This document shows positions 11,501-21,657 of a stretch of DNA of 43,628 nucleotides, in pieces; position 1 is the stretch's first letter, and the number at the start of each line of letters is the position of its first letter. The stretch covers positions 1 through 43,628 of the IMG/VR virus record IMGVR_UViG_3300032295_004586. One strand, written 5' to 3'. The position numbers were made by a program, and so were the translations under genes. This DNA is from a virus (Duplodnaviria; Caudoviricetes). The notes beneath the pieces were generated by a model, which had not been told where the DNA came from, made no database searches, and saw only the letters and a list, made by a program, of their open reading frames with translations.

Positions 11501-14500
11501 TTGATTAACTGGTAATTTTTGTTCAGATGTAAATCTATAGAAATCTAATTTTAAATCTTCTGAAGGTAAATAAGAATATTCAGAATCTAAGAAATCTGTG
11601 TCTAAATCAACAATAGGAATAAAACTCATTACTCCTAAAGAGTTTTGATGAAGAGCATAAAATACAGCATTAGATTCTCTATCCAAATCAGGGAATACAT
11701 CATCAAGGAGTTCTAATTCTATGAAATCATTTGATTCATTTAAAAGATAAAAAGAATTTAGACCTTCAATAGAAAAAGATTTCAATTGTTTATTTCCATT
11801 TGAAGTTTTAATCCATTCATCCCCTGAGATATATCTATTGAATATAGAATTAATTAAAAATGAGTATCTTTTAGTGCTATATTTATACTTGTTAATGATA
11901 ATTTTTTTGTATTGTGGTAAACCACCTGAGTAAGCATAAACATATCCTAATCCATGAATATTATGAATTAAAATATCAGAAATTTTAGTATGATTATTAC
12001 TCAAATCAATTTTAACTTTAACTAAAGCATCAGATTCAAATTCGCTTCTGATTAAAAACCCAGAGTCTTTTTTAGATATATTGAATTTCTTATAATCAAA
12101 TGTATTGAATGCATTGATTATAGAATTTATTGATTGCTCTAAAGATCCTTCAGGATTAAAATAATTGTAGATGTATTCATATGTGTATCTTAGTGTGAAC
12201 ACATAATCATCAGATACATTAGATTGATTTATTATAACTTTAGTTTCATCTTTAACACTTAAAGTTGTTTTCAGTGTATTTGTATTCTGAGAAATATCAG
12301 AAATTTCAAGAAATTTAATTTTATTGTATGTAGGATTATCTTTATAATCTATATTAGCCGAAAATTTATTTGCATTAATTATTATAGCTTCTAATAAAGT
12401 ATCAGATGTAGTGTTTATAAATGTATTATTATCAGAATTTAGTATAGAATCGTCTATTAAACTAATCGAAAACTTTTCCCTTGTATCTAAATTTATAATT
12501 TCAATAGAATCATCTTCCAATAATTCTGATGAATAATCACCCTTAATGATTATGAAAGCACTGAACGTTAAAGTTGAAGTACCACTTAAAGAAGCATCAT
12601 TAGAAATAGTAATTTCATTTATTGAACTATCAATAGAAGTAATATATGTCCCGCTTGGTATACCATTTCCAGAAACTAATTGATCAACATAAAGAAATTC
12701 TGTTGATGCAACTGTAAATGTATCAGTACCAGAAGATAATGTAACTGATTCTGTTGTTGATTTATAACCAGTTAAAATTTTATTATTATACTCAACTTCT
12801 ATTGAAGTACCTAGTTCAAAATTAATTAAATCGGGTATTTCAAAAACACCTATGTTAAAATCCGAATTAATAGATGCGCTTTTTAATGTAGTTGATATAT
12901 TAATATTTAAAGGGGACTTCACTATTTCTTCTTCTAAGGTTTCCCCTTTTCCGACAGCATATGAATTAGCTATGACTTTCCATTCCTTTTGGATGTTACC
13001 TTTTTGATAGATAAAACTTATAGAATCAGAATCTCTAAATTTTTCTTTAATTGTAATATCGAATGGAAATCCATAATCATTTTTTATTTCAGCCTTTGAA
13101 TTAAATTTGGTTCTACTAAAACCAGTTATGTCAGACAAGTCAATATAGTTTTGATTGGTACTAAGATGAGCTACTGATTTAGAGAATAGTTTATCATTTT
13201 TAATTTCTTTTAATGTGCTATCTTTTAATTTATAGATATTATATTTCCCTTTAATATAAAAAATCCTTTCTGATTCTGACATCAACTCAGAAGTAGGGTA
13301 TTTAATTAAAGGATCTACTTTACCAACTATGGTTATACCTGAATTATCATAAATATCATATGTAGACTGATTATCAACTTTTACCTTTGATTTCGGAATC
13401 CCTGGGTATAATTCTGAAAATCCTTCTGGGTCTATTGTAAATTTAGATAGTTCATTTTCATTTACATAAAAACCAAAATATCTATTTAAATCATATTCAT
13501 AAGCTTCAGTATCATTAAATAAAAATTCTAAGTTCAAAAGATTATAACAAATGAGATTATTTCTTTCAAACCCTTGTATAATTTTATCTTCAAAGAAAAT
13601 AATTGGATTATCTTCAGTTACTAAATCTTCAATTAATTCATTTTTTTCAGTATAAATTCCATTTTTAAAATCAACCCCTCTATAAGTTATAGATTTAAGA
13701 TTCTCATAATTTACATTTATTGGGGAGCTTTTATATGTAGAAGAATTTACAATTCCTCTAATATAATCTCCTAGAATTGTTCCAGCCTTTAAAGAAAATA
13801 CTTTAACAACTTTAGAGTTATTAATGATAATATTTTTAAAATTTTCAACATCTGTTTTTTGATTATCGGATACTATATCTGGGCTTGAAAATACGATGAA
13901 ATAATCAGGAATGTTTTTATCTAACCACAATGGTGCAAATATTGAAAAGCTTTCATCGTAAAGTAGACTATTTAAATATTCACATCCACTCCAATAAAAT
14001 GTATTAAATTGCTCAAAATTATTGGATTTAATTGATGTACTATCTTTTTCATTTAATGTAAAAATTGTTTTACTATCAAGTTTACCTTCGTCAAATAGTT
14101 TTCTTAAATCATAAGCATAAGTACTGTTAGATGATACTTTATATTTTTTGAATCTATTAGAAGATAACTCTAAATTAGCATCAATAGAATTCAACCATAC
14201 ATTTTGATTATCATCAACAGTAATTTTAACATTTCCTGTTAATTTTGGATTTGTTCTTAATAACTGTTTAGTTCCATCACTAGAAATAGGTATATTATAA
14301 TTTGGATTAGCTGTATAAATATCATTATTTGTACTGTATGGATTATACGTAGATTGATAATATAAAGTTGTGGATACCTTTTCACTAGCAGATTGATTTT
14401 GTAATCTGCAATTTATAGTCAATGATGTTGAAGGTGGTAATACAGCATCTTCTTTTAAAGAAAACCCAATAGATATTACATCATTGTTAGGGCTTGTGGC

Positions 14501-14722
14501 TTGAGGTGCATAAATTAAAAATGCGCTAGATTCACTTGTATATTCTTCACAATCATAATTTCTTTCAATATTCCAATATTCTGGTTCAGATGAATCTACA
14601 TTATCAAACCAAATAAGTATATTCTTATCTACATCGGCTATATTTTTCTTTATTGAAACGAAAAATACATCCGTTGTAGAAAATAAAATAGTTTTAGGTG
14701 TTGTTATTTCTAATGATGCCAT
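8504..14722 (-). CDS. Very large putative structural protein (2072 aa)
   Basis: Uninterrupted 6.2-kb ORF co-oriented with a fibre gene; two internal VSGNGI motifs; no catalytic motif recognised. Confidence 0.6.
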   Translation of the reverse strand: MASLEITTPKTILFSTTDVFFVSIKKNIADVDKNILIWFDNVDSSEPEYWNIERNYDCEEYTSESSAFLIYAPQATSPNNDVISIGFSLKEDAVLPPSTSLTINCRLQNQSASEKVSTTLYYQSTYNPYSTNNDIYTANPNYNIPISSDGTKQLLRTNPKLTGNVKITVDDNQNVWLNSIDANLELSSNRFKKYKVSSNSTYAYDLRKLFDEGKLDSKTIFTLNEKDSTSIKSNNFEQFNTFYWSGCEYLNSLLYDESFSIFAPLWLDKNIPDYFIVFSSPDIVSDNQKTDVENFKNIIINNSKVVKVFSLKAGTILGDYIRGIVNSSTYKSSPINVNYENLKSITYRGVDFKNGIYTEKNELIEDLVTEDNPIIFFEDKIIQGFERNNLICYNLLNLEFLFNDTEAYEYDLNRYFGFYVNENELSKFTIDPEGFSELYPGIPKSKVKVDNQSTYDIYDNSGITIVGKVDPLIKYPTSELMSESERIFYIKGKYNIYKLKDSTLKEIKNDKLFSKSVAHLSTNQNYIDLSDITGFSRTKFNSKAEIKNDYGFPFDITIKEKFRDSDSISFIYQKGNIQKEWKVIANSYAVGKGETLEEEIVKSPLNINISTTLKSASINSDFNIGVFEIPDLINFELGTSIEVEYNNKILTGYKSTTESVTLSSGTDTFTVASTEFLYVDQLVSGNGIPSGTYITSIDSSINEITISNDASLSGTSTLTFSAFIIIKGDYSSELLEDDSIEIINLDTREKFSISLIDDSILNSDNNTFINTTSDTLLEAIIINANKFSANIDYKDNPTYNKIKFLEISDISQNTNTLKTTLSVKDETKVIINQSNVSDDYVFTLRYTYEYIYNYFNPEGSLEQSINSIINAFNTFDYKKFNISKKDSGFLIRSEFESDALVKVKIDLSNNHTKISDILIHNIHGLGYVYAYSGGLPQYKKIIINKYKYSTKRYSFLINSIFNRYISGDEWIKTSNGNKQLKSFSIEGLNSFYLLNESNDFIELELLDDVFPDLDRESNAVFYALHQNSLGVMSFIPIVDLDTDFLDSEYSYLPSEDLKLDFYRFTSEQKLPVNQVFRVFTEYINNINFDTTIKLYAVKLDGTEILVETRVIDIDTSTNYLCLHTIPALYTSTIGNIEITHFYFTYSIPENFEITKQPYLQNSKGFNTYDNNVVLKKMKIINAGLVADLAPDTNNDSVPDSVDFFDGIEVGYYVSGNGIQPDTKVAYINRGSNPFIRLDKSASIYNITTDIKFSFFGGTSEAFNQEQNINLFGGFNGIVDYIDTFEETQVKELYKQNSPERFSFSLLRSEYDRLRENYNTNLFNKSRNIPYINKWVIKDSSDCRSNEYRLNTNLAFGVRNFSPDITIETPSSLLLHTHDWYYISGMPFWYSQGATENDRNYTFSKVSLNDLYETDYDGFSRSFIRGSHLEKHNNQSLNSDSKHLYTYIKYDNNLNKSFVFFKGAKFELEVDNPSFYDNWRFTSVLKPKIRTPFTKDSNLEMKLVENRKWKTLTFVIEAFIQSYVFPNDEINLIGLYTLDSAKNLSLNEDSNFILTTSDLQLTSGIIPTYNYVKQIGTTSINFTTIDDVSKEINKNISTGRYSDLRVFGYGRRSDDTDTNSKDVHLQLYGRNLIELTPSKITYSYSDDVAFEFLGLSNYAYLNNNPSLRSFAPPIHNPHSVNVAYSFERSSSYYLKSGQYSLKEIIKKLSFASILKSIESKEYTQVIIDTEGNIEEIYRNSNFGLKYILPTTISKKRLLEPNPDTDVPTELSINDIIGYKISETDYDFQIIRYGGDFIPKTKDVVKFIDAESQLFIEEFSSPNKINTRFHISSSNFGKIMNLGYHKIANKKILTLSDTAYQSRYPLINETGLDYRDFNIFSSTWDYNFYQLYNDKNTSISINPLIEPREVKTFMGSKLVSTPNILDIETFDFSLNKDTSKDFWYEINNNTVEIHLYPINMILKILKTNILRNKIKSSIISLRNDSLFTEEFFEEYILQNLVKIYKISSVKLYSRGDRTTQDLFINTTPETRESLEFIEENGITLDTRIDDVLIKKDISDLSNAQLSLSISFDKI

Positions 14723-14743
14723 GAGTTTTTGTATATTAGACTA

Positions 14744-17700
14744 TTATGTTATAAAGAAATCTCTTACTGCTCTTCTTGTTCTATCAATAAATCCTGGTGC
14801 TTGAACTACTTGTGTAAGACTTTCTCTAGCATAACTTGCTTTAACAAGAATATCGAAACTGAATGGTGCTTCATCCTTTACAAATAAATCCAAACCAATT
14901 TTTTTAGAAAATGTTAAATTAGTAGGATCATTTTCTGCATTTGGATCATAACCACCAACTCGACCAGTTCCACTTGAACCTGAACCAAAATAATCTGTCA
15001 TTCTAAATTGGAACAATACAGGTATTCTAATAGCTTTATCTTCTCCCTGTTCCAATACATAAGTTGATCTATAATCAGTTCCATTTGCCATTAACTGTTG
15101 AACACTTGCTGGTGCTAATATTAAATAAGATCCACAAGTTTTTTTACCAATTAGATATCTATCATTAGGAGCGAATCCTAGTTTATCTTGATAATTACCT
15201 CTAGTTTGGAATTCACTCGTTCCTGGACTAGTTACTTGTTTCCATCTTGAATTAGTTGTATAATTATAAGATAATTGAACTTGAGCATTAGCATCGCTAT
15301 CTCTTAAATTGAAATATTTTGCATGTCTTATTGATGGATAGATTTGTTCAGCCCCACTAGTCATAGTAGGCGCAATCAATTGATTAAACGTTTTTTTATT
15401 ATTTTTTACTTCAGGGTGATCAACATGAATACAGAAATCTGAGGCCGATGATGTAGCTATAGGCGTTCCGTCAGTTTTATATTGTCCTGTCCAAACAAAT
15501 CCGTTATCTAAAATAGGTGAAGTAACTGGAGTTGTAGGCACTAAGAAACGATTTGTAGGATCTGTATTATTACTTTCACCACTAAGGTATAAGTTTTCTA
15601 ATAAACCTAGTGCTTTACCTCTTGAGTACAAGAATTGACTCGGCACCTGATTACTCATATAAGGTGCTCTCCAATATGCACCATCTCTAGTAAATCTATC
15701 TAATGGTATATCATTATAAAGAACTGGTGCTAAATGATAATCCCTATTGGTATATTCAGGATTATTTCCACCATAAAGAGCTTTAAGATCTTGGTTTATA
15801 CCACCTGGGAATCTAGTTACCAATTCTAAAGGTGTTGGGCTTAGATTTTCTATAACTATACAATATTTTGAAGTAACTATTGCACCCTTTCTTTCACTTT
15901 CTGGGAATTGCTGTACTATTTCAGAATAGAAACCAGCAAATAACTCTAATATACCACCATTAGATATTGTATATCTGTTGTTAGCTTCATCTAATAGATA
16001 AACGTCAAGTTTAGGTTTGGCTGTTGTAACGAGAGCTAAAACACCCTCCATCCTTGTTTCCATCTCTTTAAATTTATCGTATACTGAAACTGGACTACCG
16101 AGATCAGTTGTAAATCCAGAAGCAACAGCATCTGCTTTCGTTATATAAACTTTATCTCCCGAAGTAAAGATGTTTTGGAAGACAACATCCAAGCCTTGTG
16201 AATTTAATTCAGAAATAACATCTACTTTATTAAGTTCAAGTTGTGCTTGTTGTAAAAGATTAGTTTCGTTTGTAGTAATTAATTCGGTTGGGAAATCTAT
16301 TATTACAGTTGAAGAATAATCTGATTTTAATGGATTATATGGGAATCCAGCTTCGCTTACAGATGCAATTCTTATCTCTACTCTTTCGTTAGGAGTTATT
16401 GGAATATCAACTTGATTTATATTTACAGCATCTGGATCATTGACATCTTCATTTGCCCAAACATATTTTTGTGTTGTAGTGTCATATATTTGTTTTCTTA
16501 CAGGAGTCAATACCTCATTCCATTCTGAATAATATCCTTTTGATGTGTTTCCAGAAGAATCATTAAATTCAAATGTCTTAGGTCCACTTGCTGTACCATC
16601 CAAACGTAAATATCTATACTGAACTATAAATTGTATAATATTTTGTGCTGATCCCTTTGAGTCTATTTTAGGATTAGGTATTGGGAAAAATCCTCTGATT
16701 CTATATTTAGGTGACTCTAAACTAGTTTCAGAAACATTCATAGCACCCATTTCTCTAACAATAGTAGAATAAAGTGTTGATAGATTGTTTTTCTGTTCTA
16801 TCAATGTATTCAATCTATTTGATACAACTCTTCTATCTGAAGCTGTTCTAAAATTAGTAGTTTGTAATTCTTCTTTGGTTTTTGAAATTGCACTTTCTAA
16901 TTGTTGGATTTCAGATTGAAGTCTATTTTTTTCAGCAAATTTTCTTCTTAAAACCTCAGTATCTTGTGACTGTAGTTTATGCTCATTTGCTACAACTACT
17001 TTAAAATAACTAGATTGTAATAATGGTGCATCTGGTTTTAATCCTAAGAATGTAGGTACGGGTTTATTTTTCGCTACATCTAATAATTGTGCTCCAAAAT
17101 CAATACAATATTGTCTATAGTATTCATCTAAACTCATTTCAGAGTCAGTAGTTCTAATTCTTAATTCATTTGAATAGATAGCAACTCCAGGCGACCACTT
17201 GGTTGATGCAACAGATGTTGAATTATTAACAGGTCTAAAAAATATGACTTGTCTTTCATCATGACCTAAAGAAACTTCAACCTGTCTAAGCGTTAAAACT
17301 TCTGAAATTATATACAAAACATCTGTACCTATAGGTATTAATTCAAATCCACTTGTTAAAGTTAGTCTTACAGTATTATCAACTTTACTTACTTCATCTA
17401 CTCTATATCGAGCACCACCTTTTGTAGATAAAATATCTCCAGTTTTTAAAACTTCAGTATCTACGGTTTGATTAAGGTTATCTGTATAAGTGACTTTATT
17501 AAGTCTATAAATTTTAGAATTACCTGCAGATGTCGTGTCAGTATTTAAAATACTGATTACATCAAATGTTCCAGTATACTGACTAATAGAAGGTGGAAAG
17601 CGATATTCATCTTCATCGACAAAATGATTCATTCCTCTTCCATTTAGAAATAACATTAAAGTTTCATATTCAACATCATTTCTACCTTTGATATTTTCAT

Positions 17701-18205
17701 CAAATATAGCCCTCTTATCATCACTGTCGGTATTTACAATGACTCTTCTATACCATACGCTTCTCACATCCGCAGTAACATAATTAGTTACATCGAAAGT
17801 AGCGACAAGCATTGGATTAATAAAATTATCAAAAAACCAATTATTCCTTCTGGTAAAACGAGTTGGTATATTTACACTACCTATCCTATTAGGTTCTTTA
17901 GTAGGATCAGAAGCCATGATTCTTTTATAGGTACCGTCCTCTAAACGGATTGTTGCACTACCTGCATCTACACCAGCTAATCCTTTAACATTCTCTTCTA
18001 ATCTTTTAATTTCAGATTGTAAGAATCCTAGGGATGGCACTTGATATGTAGTAGTTTGACCATCGGAATTTACAATATTTACAGATATGCTATCCGAGGT
18101 TGAAGTAAATGCTTGTGAAAATTTCGAAAGAATTTCTAAAGAATTAGCGTGAGTACGCATTAATTCTTGTAAAACATCATGTAAACTGTTATCAGATGAA
18201 TTCAT
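14744..18205 (-). CDS. Large putative structural protein (1153 aa) with central coiled coil
   Basis: Long ORF heading the minus-strand structural operon; heptad segment KNRLQSEIQQLESAISKTKEEL; GATATATA upstream. Confidence 0.6.
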   Translation of the reverse strand: MNSSDNSLHDVLQELMRTHANSLEILSKFSQAFTSTSDSISVNIVNSDGQTTTYQVPSLGFLQSEIKRLEENVKGLAGVDAGSATIRLEDGTYKRIMASDPTKEPNRIGSVNIPTRFTRRNNWFFDNFINPMLVATFDVTNYVTADVRSVWYRRVIVNTDSDDKRAIFDENIKGRNDVEYETLMLFLNGRGMNHFVDEDEYRFPPSISQYTGTFDVISILNTDTTSAGNSKIYRLNKVTYTDNLNQTVDTEVLKTGDILSTKGGARYRVDEVSKVDNTVRLTLTSGFELIPIGTDVLYIISEVLTLRQVEVSLGHDERQVIFFRPVNNSTSVASTKWSPGVAIYSNELRIRTTDSEMSLDEYYRQYCIDFGAQLLDVAKNKPVPTFLGLKPDAPLLQSSYFKVVVANEHKLQSQDTEVLRRKFAEKNRLQSEIQQLESAISKTKEELQTTNFRTASDRRVVSNRLNTLIEQKNNLSTLYSTIVREMGAMNVSETSLESPKYRIRGFFPIPNPKIDSKGSAQNIIQFIVQYRYLRLDGTASGPKTFEFNDSSGNTSKGYYSEWNEVLTPVRKQIYDTTTQKYVWANEDVNDPDAVNINQVDIPITPNERVEIRIASVSEAGFPYNPLKSDYSSTVIIDFPTELITTNETNLLQQAQLELNKVDVISELNSQGLDVVFQNIFTSGDKVYITKADAVASGFTTDLGSPVSVYDKFKEMETRMEGVLALVTTAKPKLDVYLLDEANNRYTISNGGILELFAGFYSEIVQQFPESERKGAIVTSKYCIVIENLSPTPLELVTRFPGGINQDLKALYGGNNPEYTNRDYHLAPVLYNDIPLDRFTRDGAYWRAPYMSNQVPSQFLYSRGKALGLLENLYLSGESNNTDPTNRFLVPTTPVTSPILDNGFVWTGQYKTDGTPIATSSASDFCIHVDHPEVKNNKKTFNQLIAPTMTSGAEQIYPSIRHAKYFNLRDSDANAQVQLSYNYTTNSRWKQVTSPGTSEFQTRGNYQDKLGFAPNDRYLIGKKTCGSYLILAPASVQQLMANGTDYRSTYVLEQGEDKAIRIPVLFQFRMTDYFGSGSSGTGRVGGYDPNAENDPTNLTFSKKIGLDLFVKDEAPFSFDILVKASYARESLTQVVQAPGFIDRTRRAVRDFFIT

Positions 18206-18230
18206 GTTTTTTTATTTAAAAATTTATTAG

Positions 18231-18238
18231 TATATTTG
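18231..18238 (+). promoter_or_regulatory. Bacteroidota-type sigma70 -7 element (TAnnTTTG) for the replication operon
   Basis: TATATTTG in the divergent intergenic region; no clear TTTG -33 box. Confidence 0.45.
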
Positions 18239-18248
18239 CATATATTAG

Positions 18249-18256
18249 TATATATC
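18249..18256 (-). promoter_or_regulatory. GATATATA candidate late promoter
   Basis: Exact octamer on the minus strand, 43 nt upstream of the ATG at 18205. Confidence 0.55.
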
Positions 18257-18343
18257 AAAAAAAAATAAATGGTTCTTTTGAACTTAAAATTCTAATAAAA
18301 TAGAAATCATAAATCCATAAATCATCTTTAATTCGGAGCTAAA

Positions 18344-19129
18344 ATGAAAGAAAAAAGTAAAAGTCTAAATTTTATTAATATAAATGTTAATAAGATACAC
18401 TCTTTCCTGGATCGTTATTCTCAGTTTGATGAAAACCTGCTTTTAGAGATTACACCAGACGAATTTTATGCTAAAGCATATACCCCTGACAGAAGTGCAA
18501 TTAAGCATTCTGCATTACCTTTTGAAGAGATTTTACAAATTAAAGATGATCAAGTTCCTGATAATTTAAAGGTTGGACTAATTAATGTAAAGCATTATCA
18601 GCAGGCTCTTAAGTTTTTAGAATCATCCGATCAAGTTTCTATGAGTATTGATTATACAACATTAGCTGGATTGGATGTAGAACAAGAAAATGTAGCCATG
18701 AAAACTACTTTAAATAATAATAAAGATTTACAGTTTTCATTTGAAAATGGCTCATTATCTATTTATGGGATTATTACAAATGATAAATTTTTCAACCAGA
18801 TAGCAAATATACCAGATCCAATATTTGAATTTGAACTAACACTTGAAGATCTTACGAAGATTAAAAAATTCTCAAATATTGATAAAATAAATAATAATTT
18901 AACTACTGAATATCGAAAAAATTCAGTAATTTTTGGAAATCAAAACTTTAAATATAAATTGTCATCACAAAATAACAATGGAAAAGATAGCAACTCGGCT
19001 CGTTTTCCTAAAAATCATTTAAATATGTTAGATAATGAATCATATTTTGTTAAAGTTGGCGAAAAAAAGCTAGTTTTCACATCTATGGATTCAAAAACTA
19101 TTCTAGTTATTGGAAGAAATGATGAGTAA
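18344..19129 (+). CDS. Putative DNA sliding clamp (gp45/PCNA-like)
   Basis: 261 aa, alpha/beta repeat pattern (FLDRYSQFDENLLLEI...; FEFELTLEDLTKIKK), directly upstream of and overlapping the polymerase gene. Confidence 0.55.
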   Translation: MKEKSKSLNFININVNKIHSFLDRYSQFDENLLLEITPDEFYAKAYTPDRSAIKHSALPFEEILQIKDDQVPDNLKVGLINVKHYQQALKFLESSDQVSMSIDYTTLAGLDVEQENVAMKTTLNNNKDLQFSFENGSLSIYGIITNDKFFNQIANIPDPIFEFELTLEDLTKIKKFSNIDKINNNLTTEYRKNSVIFGNQNFKYKLSSQNNNGKDSNSARFPKNHLNMLDNESYFVKVGEKKLVFTSMDSKTILVIGRNDE

Positions 19130-20357
19130 TTCTGATCTTAAATATGTAAAGATTAATCTTGAAACTGCCACTTACGAAGAAATTAAGGCAGAAATAGATA
19201 GATTAAATAAGCTCAAGCATGATTTACATAATGAAGAACAGGGGATCAAGATCTTTATTAATTCGGTTTATGGTGCCTTTGGGAATACACATTTTCTTTG
19301 TTTTAATGTAAATGTTTCTGAAGCTGTAACTTTACAGAGTGTAGATATTTCTTTACATGCTAAAAAGATTTTTGACAATTATTTCACAAATCATTGGCAT
19401 AAAGATAAAAAATTACATAAACTACTGAATTTAAATAATGAAGTTACTCCTTTAGGTGAAGAATCATTATTAATTCAAGGTGATACCGATTCTGCTTATT
19501 TTAGATTTGATAGAGTACTTAAATCATCTGGATATAATGGCGATAATCCTGTGGATTTTATATTAGATATCTATAAATATCGTTTGCATAGTTACATAAT
19601 TAATGCATATGATTTGTACGCCAAAAAAAGAAATACCATCAACTTAATGGATTTTGAGTTTGAAAAGTTAATTAGAATTGGTATATTTATAGCCAAGAAG
19701 AATTATGCAATTGAATTAGCTTGGAAAGCCACTTCTATTAAAGTAAATAATGGTGAAGTATTTGTAGAAGGTATTAAATATTCTGAAGGCAAATTATCCG
19801 TGACGGGTTTAGAGGCGGTTAAACCATCTCATCCATCATGGTGTAGAACAAAACTAGAAGAAATGTTAAAACTTCTCTTAAATGCTCATAAAAATGATGG
19901 TAAAATAAAGTATGATATAATACTTAATACTTTAAAGAAATGGCGTAAAGAGATGGAAATGAAAGACTTAGATGAAGTATGCGAGACTAAAAGAGTATCT
20001 GATTATGATAAATGGATATTAAATGATAGATCTGAAATTGCGGTAAAATCTGGTTGTCCTATTCATGTAAGAGGATCTGCAATTTATAATTATCTTCTCA
20101 ATAGATCAAAATACAATATGAAATATCATAGAATTAAATCAAGTGATAAAGTAAAATTGTATTATACTAAGACAAATTCAAAGAAAGATGATATTTTTTG
20201 CTTTCTTCCATTAAATCATCCTAAAGAATTTGCTCCTTTGATTGATTACGATAAACAATTTTCTAAAAAAGTTATAGAACCTACAAATAGACTTCTCGAT
20301 GCTATGAATATTAAGTCTATACCAGAAACACTAATTGTGAACAATTCATTATTCTAA
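19119..20357 (+). CDS. Family-B DNA polymerase, C-terminal half only (fingers helix, motifs B and C, thumb)
   Basis: Motif B KIFINSVYGAFG, motif C QGDTDS, KKNYA, TGLEAVK and thumb PIHVRGS are present; motif A (DxxSLYP) and the exonuclease domain are absent. ATG at 19119 or 19122 is more likely than TTG at 19110. Confidence 0.88.
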   Translation: MMSNSDLKYVKINLETATYEEIKAEIDRLNKLKHDLHNEEQGIKIFINSVYGAFGNTHFLCFNVNVSEAVTLQSVDISLHAKKIFDNYFTNHWHKDKKLHKLLNLNNEVTPLGEESLLIQGDTDSAYFRFDRVLKSSGYNGDNPVDFILDIYKYRLHSYIINAYDLYAKKRNTINLMDFEFEKLIRIGIFIAKKNYAIELAWKATSIKVNNGEVFVEGIKYSEGKLSVTGLEAVKPSHPSWCRTKLEEMLKLLLNAHKNDGKIKYDIILNTLKKWRKEMEMKDLDEVCETKRVSDYDKWILNDRSEIAVKSGCPIHVRGSAIYNYLLNRSKYNMKYHRIKSSDKVKLYYTKTNSKKDDIFCFLPLNHPKEFAPLIDYDKQFSKKVIEPTNRLLDAMNIKSIPETLIVNNSLF

Positions 20358-20368
20358 AAGAAATAAAT

Positions 20369-21655
20369 ATGGCAAAACAATCAAATCCTAAACCAGAAGT
20401 AGCTAATACCGCTAAAAGTTCTATATTATCTAGACTTAAGAAAATTAATCCAGATGCTGCTCTAATCAGTGAGTCTGCATTTGGTGATATTAAAGAGTGG
20501 ATTCCAACTGGAAACTATGCTCTTAATTGTCAAATATCAGGATCTTTATACAAAGGTATTCCTTCAAATAGGATTATAGGTATTAGTGGTCCTTCAGGTA
20601 CAGGTAAGACTTATCTAGCTTTAAATATGGCTAGAGAAGCTCAAAAAAATGGTTATCATATCCTTTACTTTGATACAGAATTTGCTATTGACGAAAATCA
20701 TGTATCTAAGTTTGGAGTGGATACAAATGAATTCACTTTGATCCCTGAAGATGTTATTCACAATGTAAAGCATCAGATTGTAGAAATTTTTGAAGCGATG
20801 AAAGATGCTATAAAAGCTAAGAAAGACCCAGGTAAGTTTTTGATCATTATTGACTCTATCGGAAACCTTAAAACTGCTAAAGAAGATAATGATTCTAAAA
20901 GTGGTGATCATAAAAGAGATATGACGAGACCATCTGAGATCAAGTCTTTATTTAGAACAATTACAGTTCCCTCTGGAAAATTAAATGTACCGATCTTATT
21001 TGTAAATCATACATATACTGATACTACTGCATACGTTCCAACTGATAAGATTGCAGGTGGAAGTGGTGTACAATATAATCCATCTGTAAATATTATTTTA
21101 TCGAAAGCAAAACTCAAAGAAGAAACAAAACAATCCAAAGAAGCTAATATGACGCAAACTGGGATTATTGTAACATCTAAATTAGAGAAGTCTAGATTTA
21201 CAAAACCCATTCCAATTAAATTTCATATCAACTTCTTTTCTGGTATGAATAAATACATATTTCTTGAAAATTTTGTAGATTGGGAAACTTGCGGTATTCA
21301 AAGAGGCTCACTTACTAAGAAAATTGAAAAGAGACCAGTCCTTGATGAAGAAGGTAATCAGGTTATCTATCGAGGTAAGCCTAAGTTTGAAGAGATTGAG
21401 CTGGATGAAGTAGAATTCGTAGCAGATGATTCAGCAAAAACATTTGCTGTTCGTCATTTAGGAAAGAATATTCGTTCAGCTAAAGAACTTTTGACTAAAG
21501 AAGTATTCACCCCAGAAGTTCTCAATGCTCTTAATGAAAAGATGGGTAAAATATTTCTTCTTCCAGAAGCTATAAACGATGATGAATTTACAGTTCTTGA
21601 TGAAGATTTAGAAGGTATGGATTTACCTTCAAATAGTGAAGAAGATGGAGAATAA
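20369..21655 (+). CDS. uvsX: UvsX/RecA-like recombinase
   Basis: WIPTGNYALN, Walker A GPSGTGKT, YFDTE, Walker B IIIDSIGNL, DMTR, NHTY, GGSG, KSRF; acidic tail. Confidence 0.9.
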   Translation: MAKQSNPKPEVANTAKSSILSRLKKINPDAALISESAFGDIKEWIPTGNYALNCQISGSLYKGIPSNRIIGISGPSGTGKTYLALNMAREAQKNGYHILYFDTEFAIDENHVSKFGVDTNEFTLIPEDVIHNVKHQIVEIFEAMKDAIKAKKDPGKFLIIIDSIGNLKTAKEDNDSKSGDHKRDMTRPSEIKSLFRTITVPSGKLNVPILFVNHTYTDTTAYVPTDKIAGGSGVQYNPSVNIILSKAKLKEETKQSKEANMTQTGIIVTSKLEKSRFTKPIPIKFHINFFSGMNKYIFLENFVDWETCGIQRGSLTKKIEKRPVLDEEGNQVIYRGKPKFEEIELDEVEFVADDSAKTFAVRHLGKNIRSAKELLTKEVFTPEVLNALNEKMGKIFLLPEAINDDEFTVLDEDLEGMDLPSNSEEDGE

Positions 21656-21657
21656 AT

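Noticed and set aside
19119-19250. Split-intein C-fragment at the start of PolB-C (contains HN)
   Set aside because: HN is followed by Glu, not Cys/Ser/Thr, and the segment is helical fingers-like with no intein motifs.
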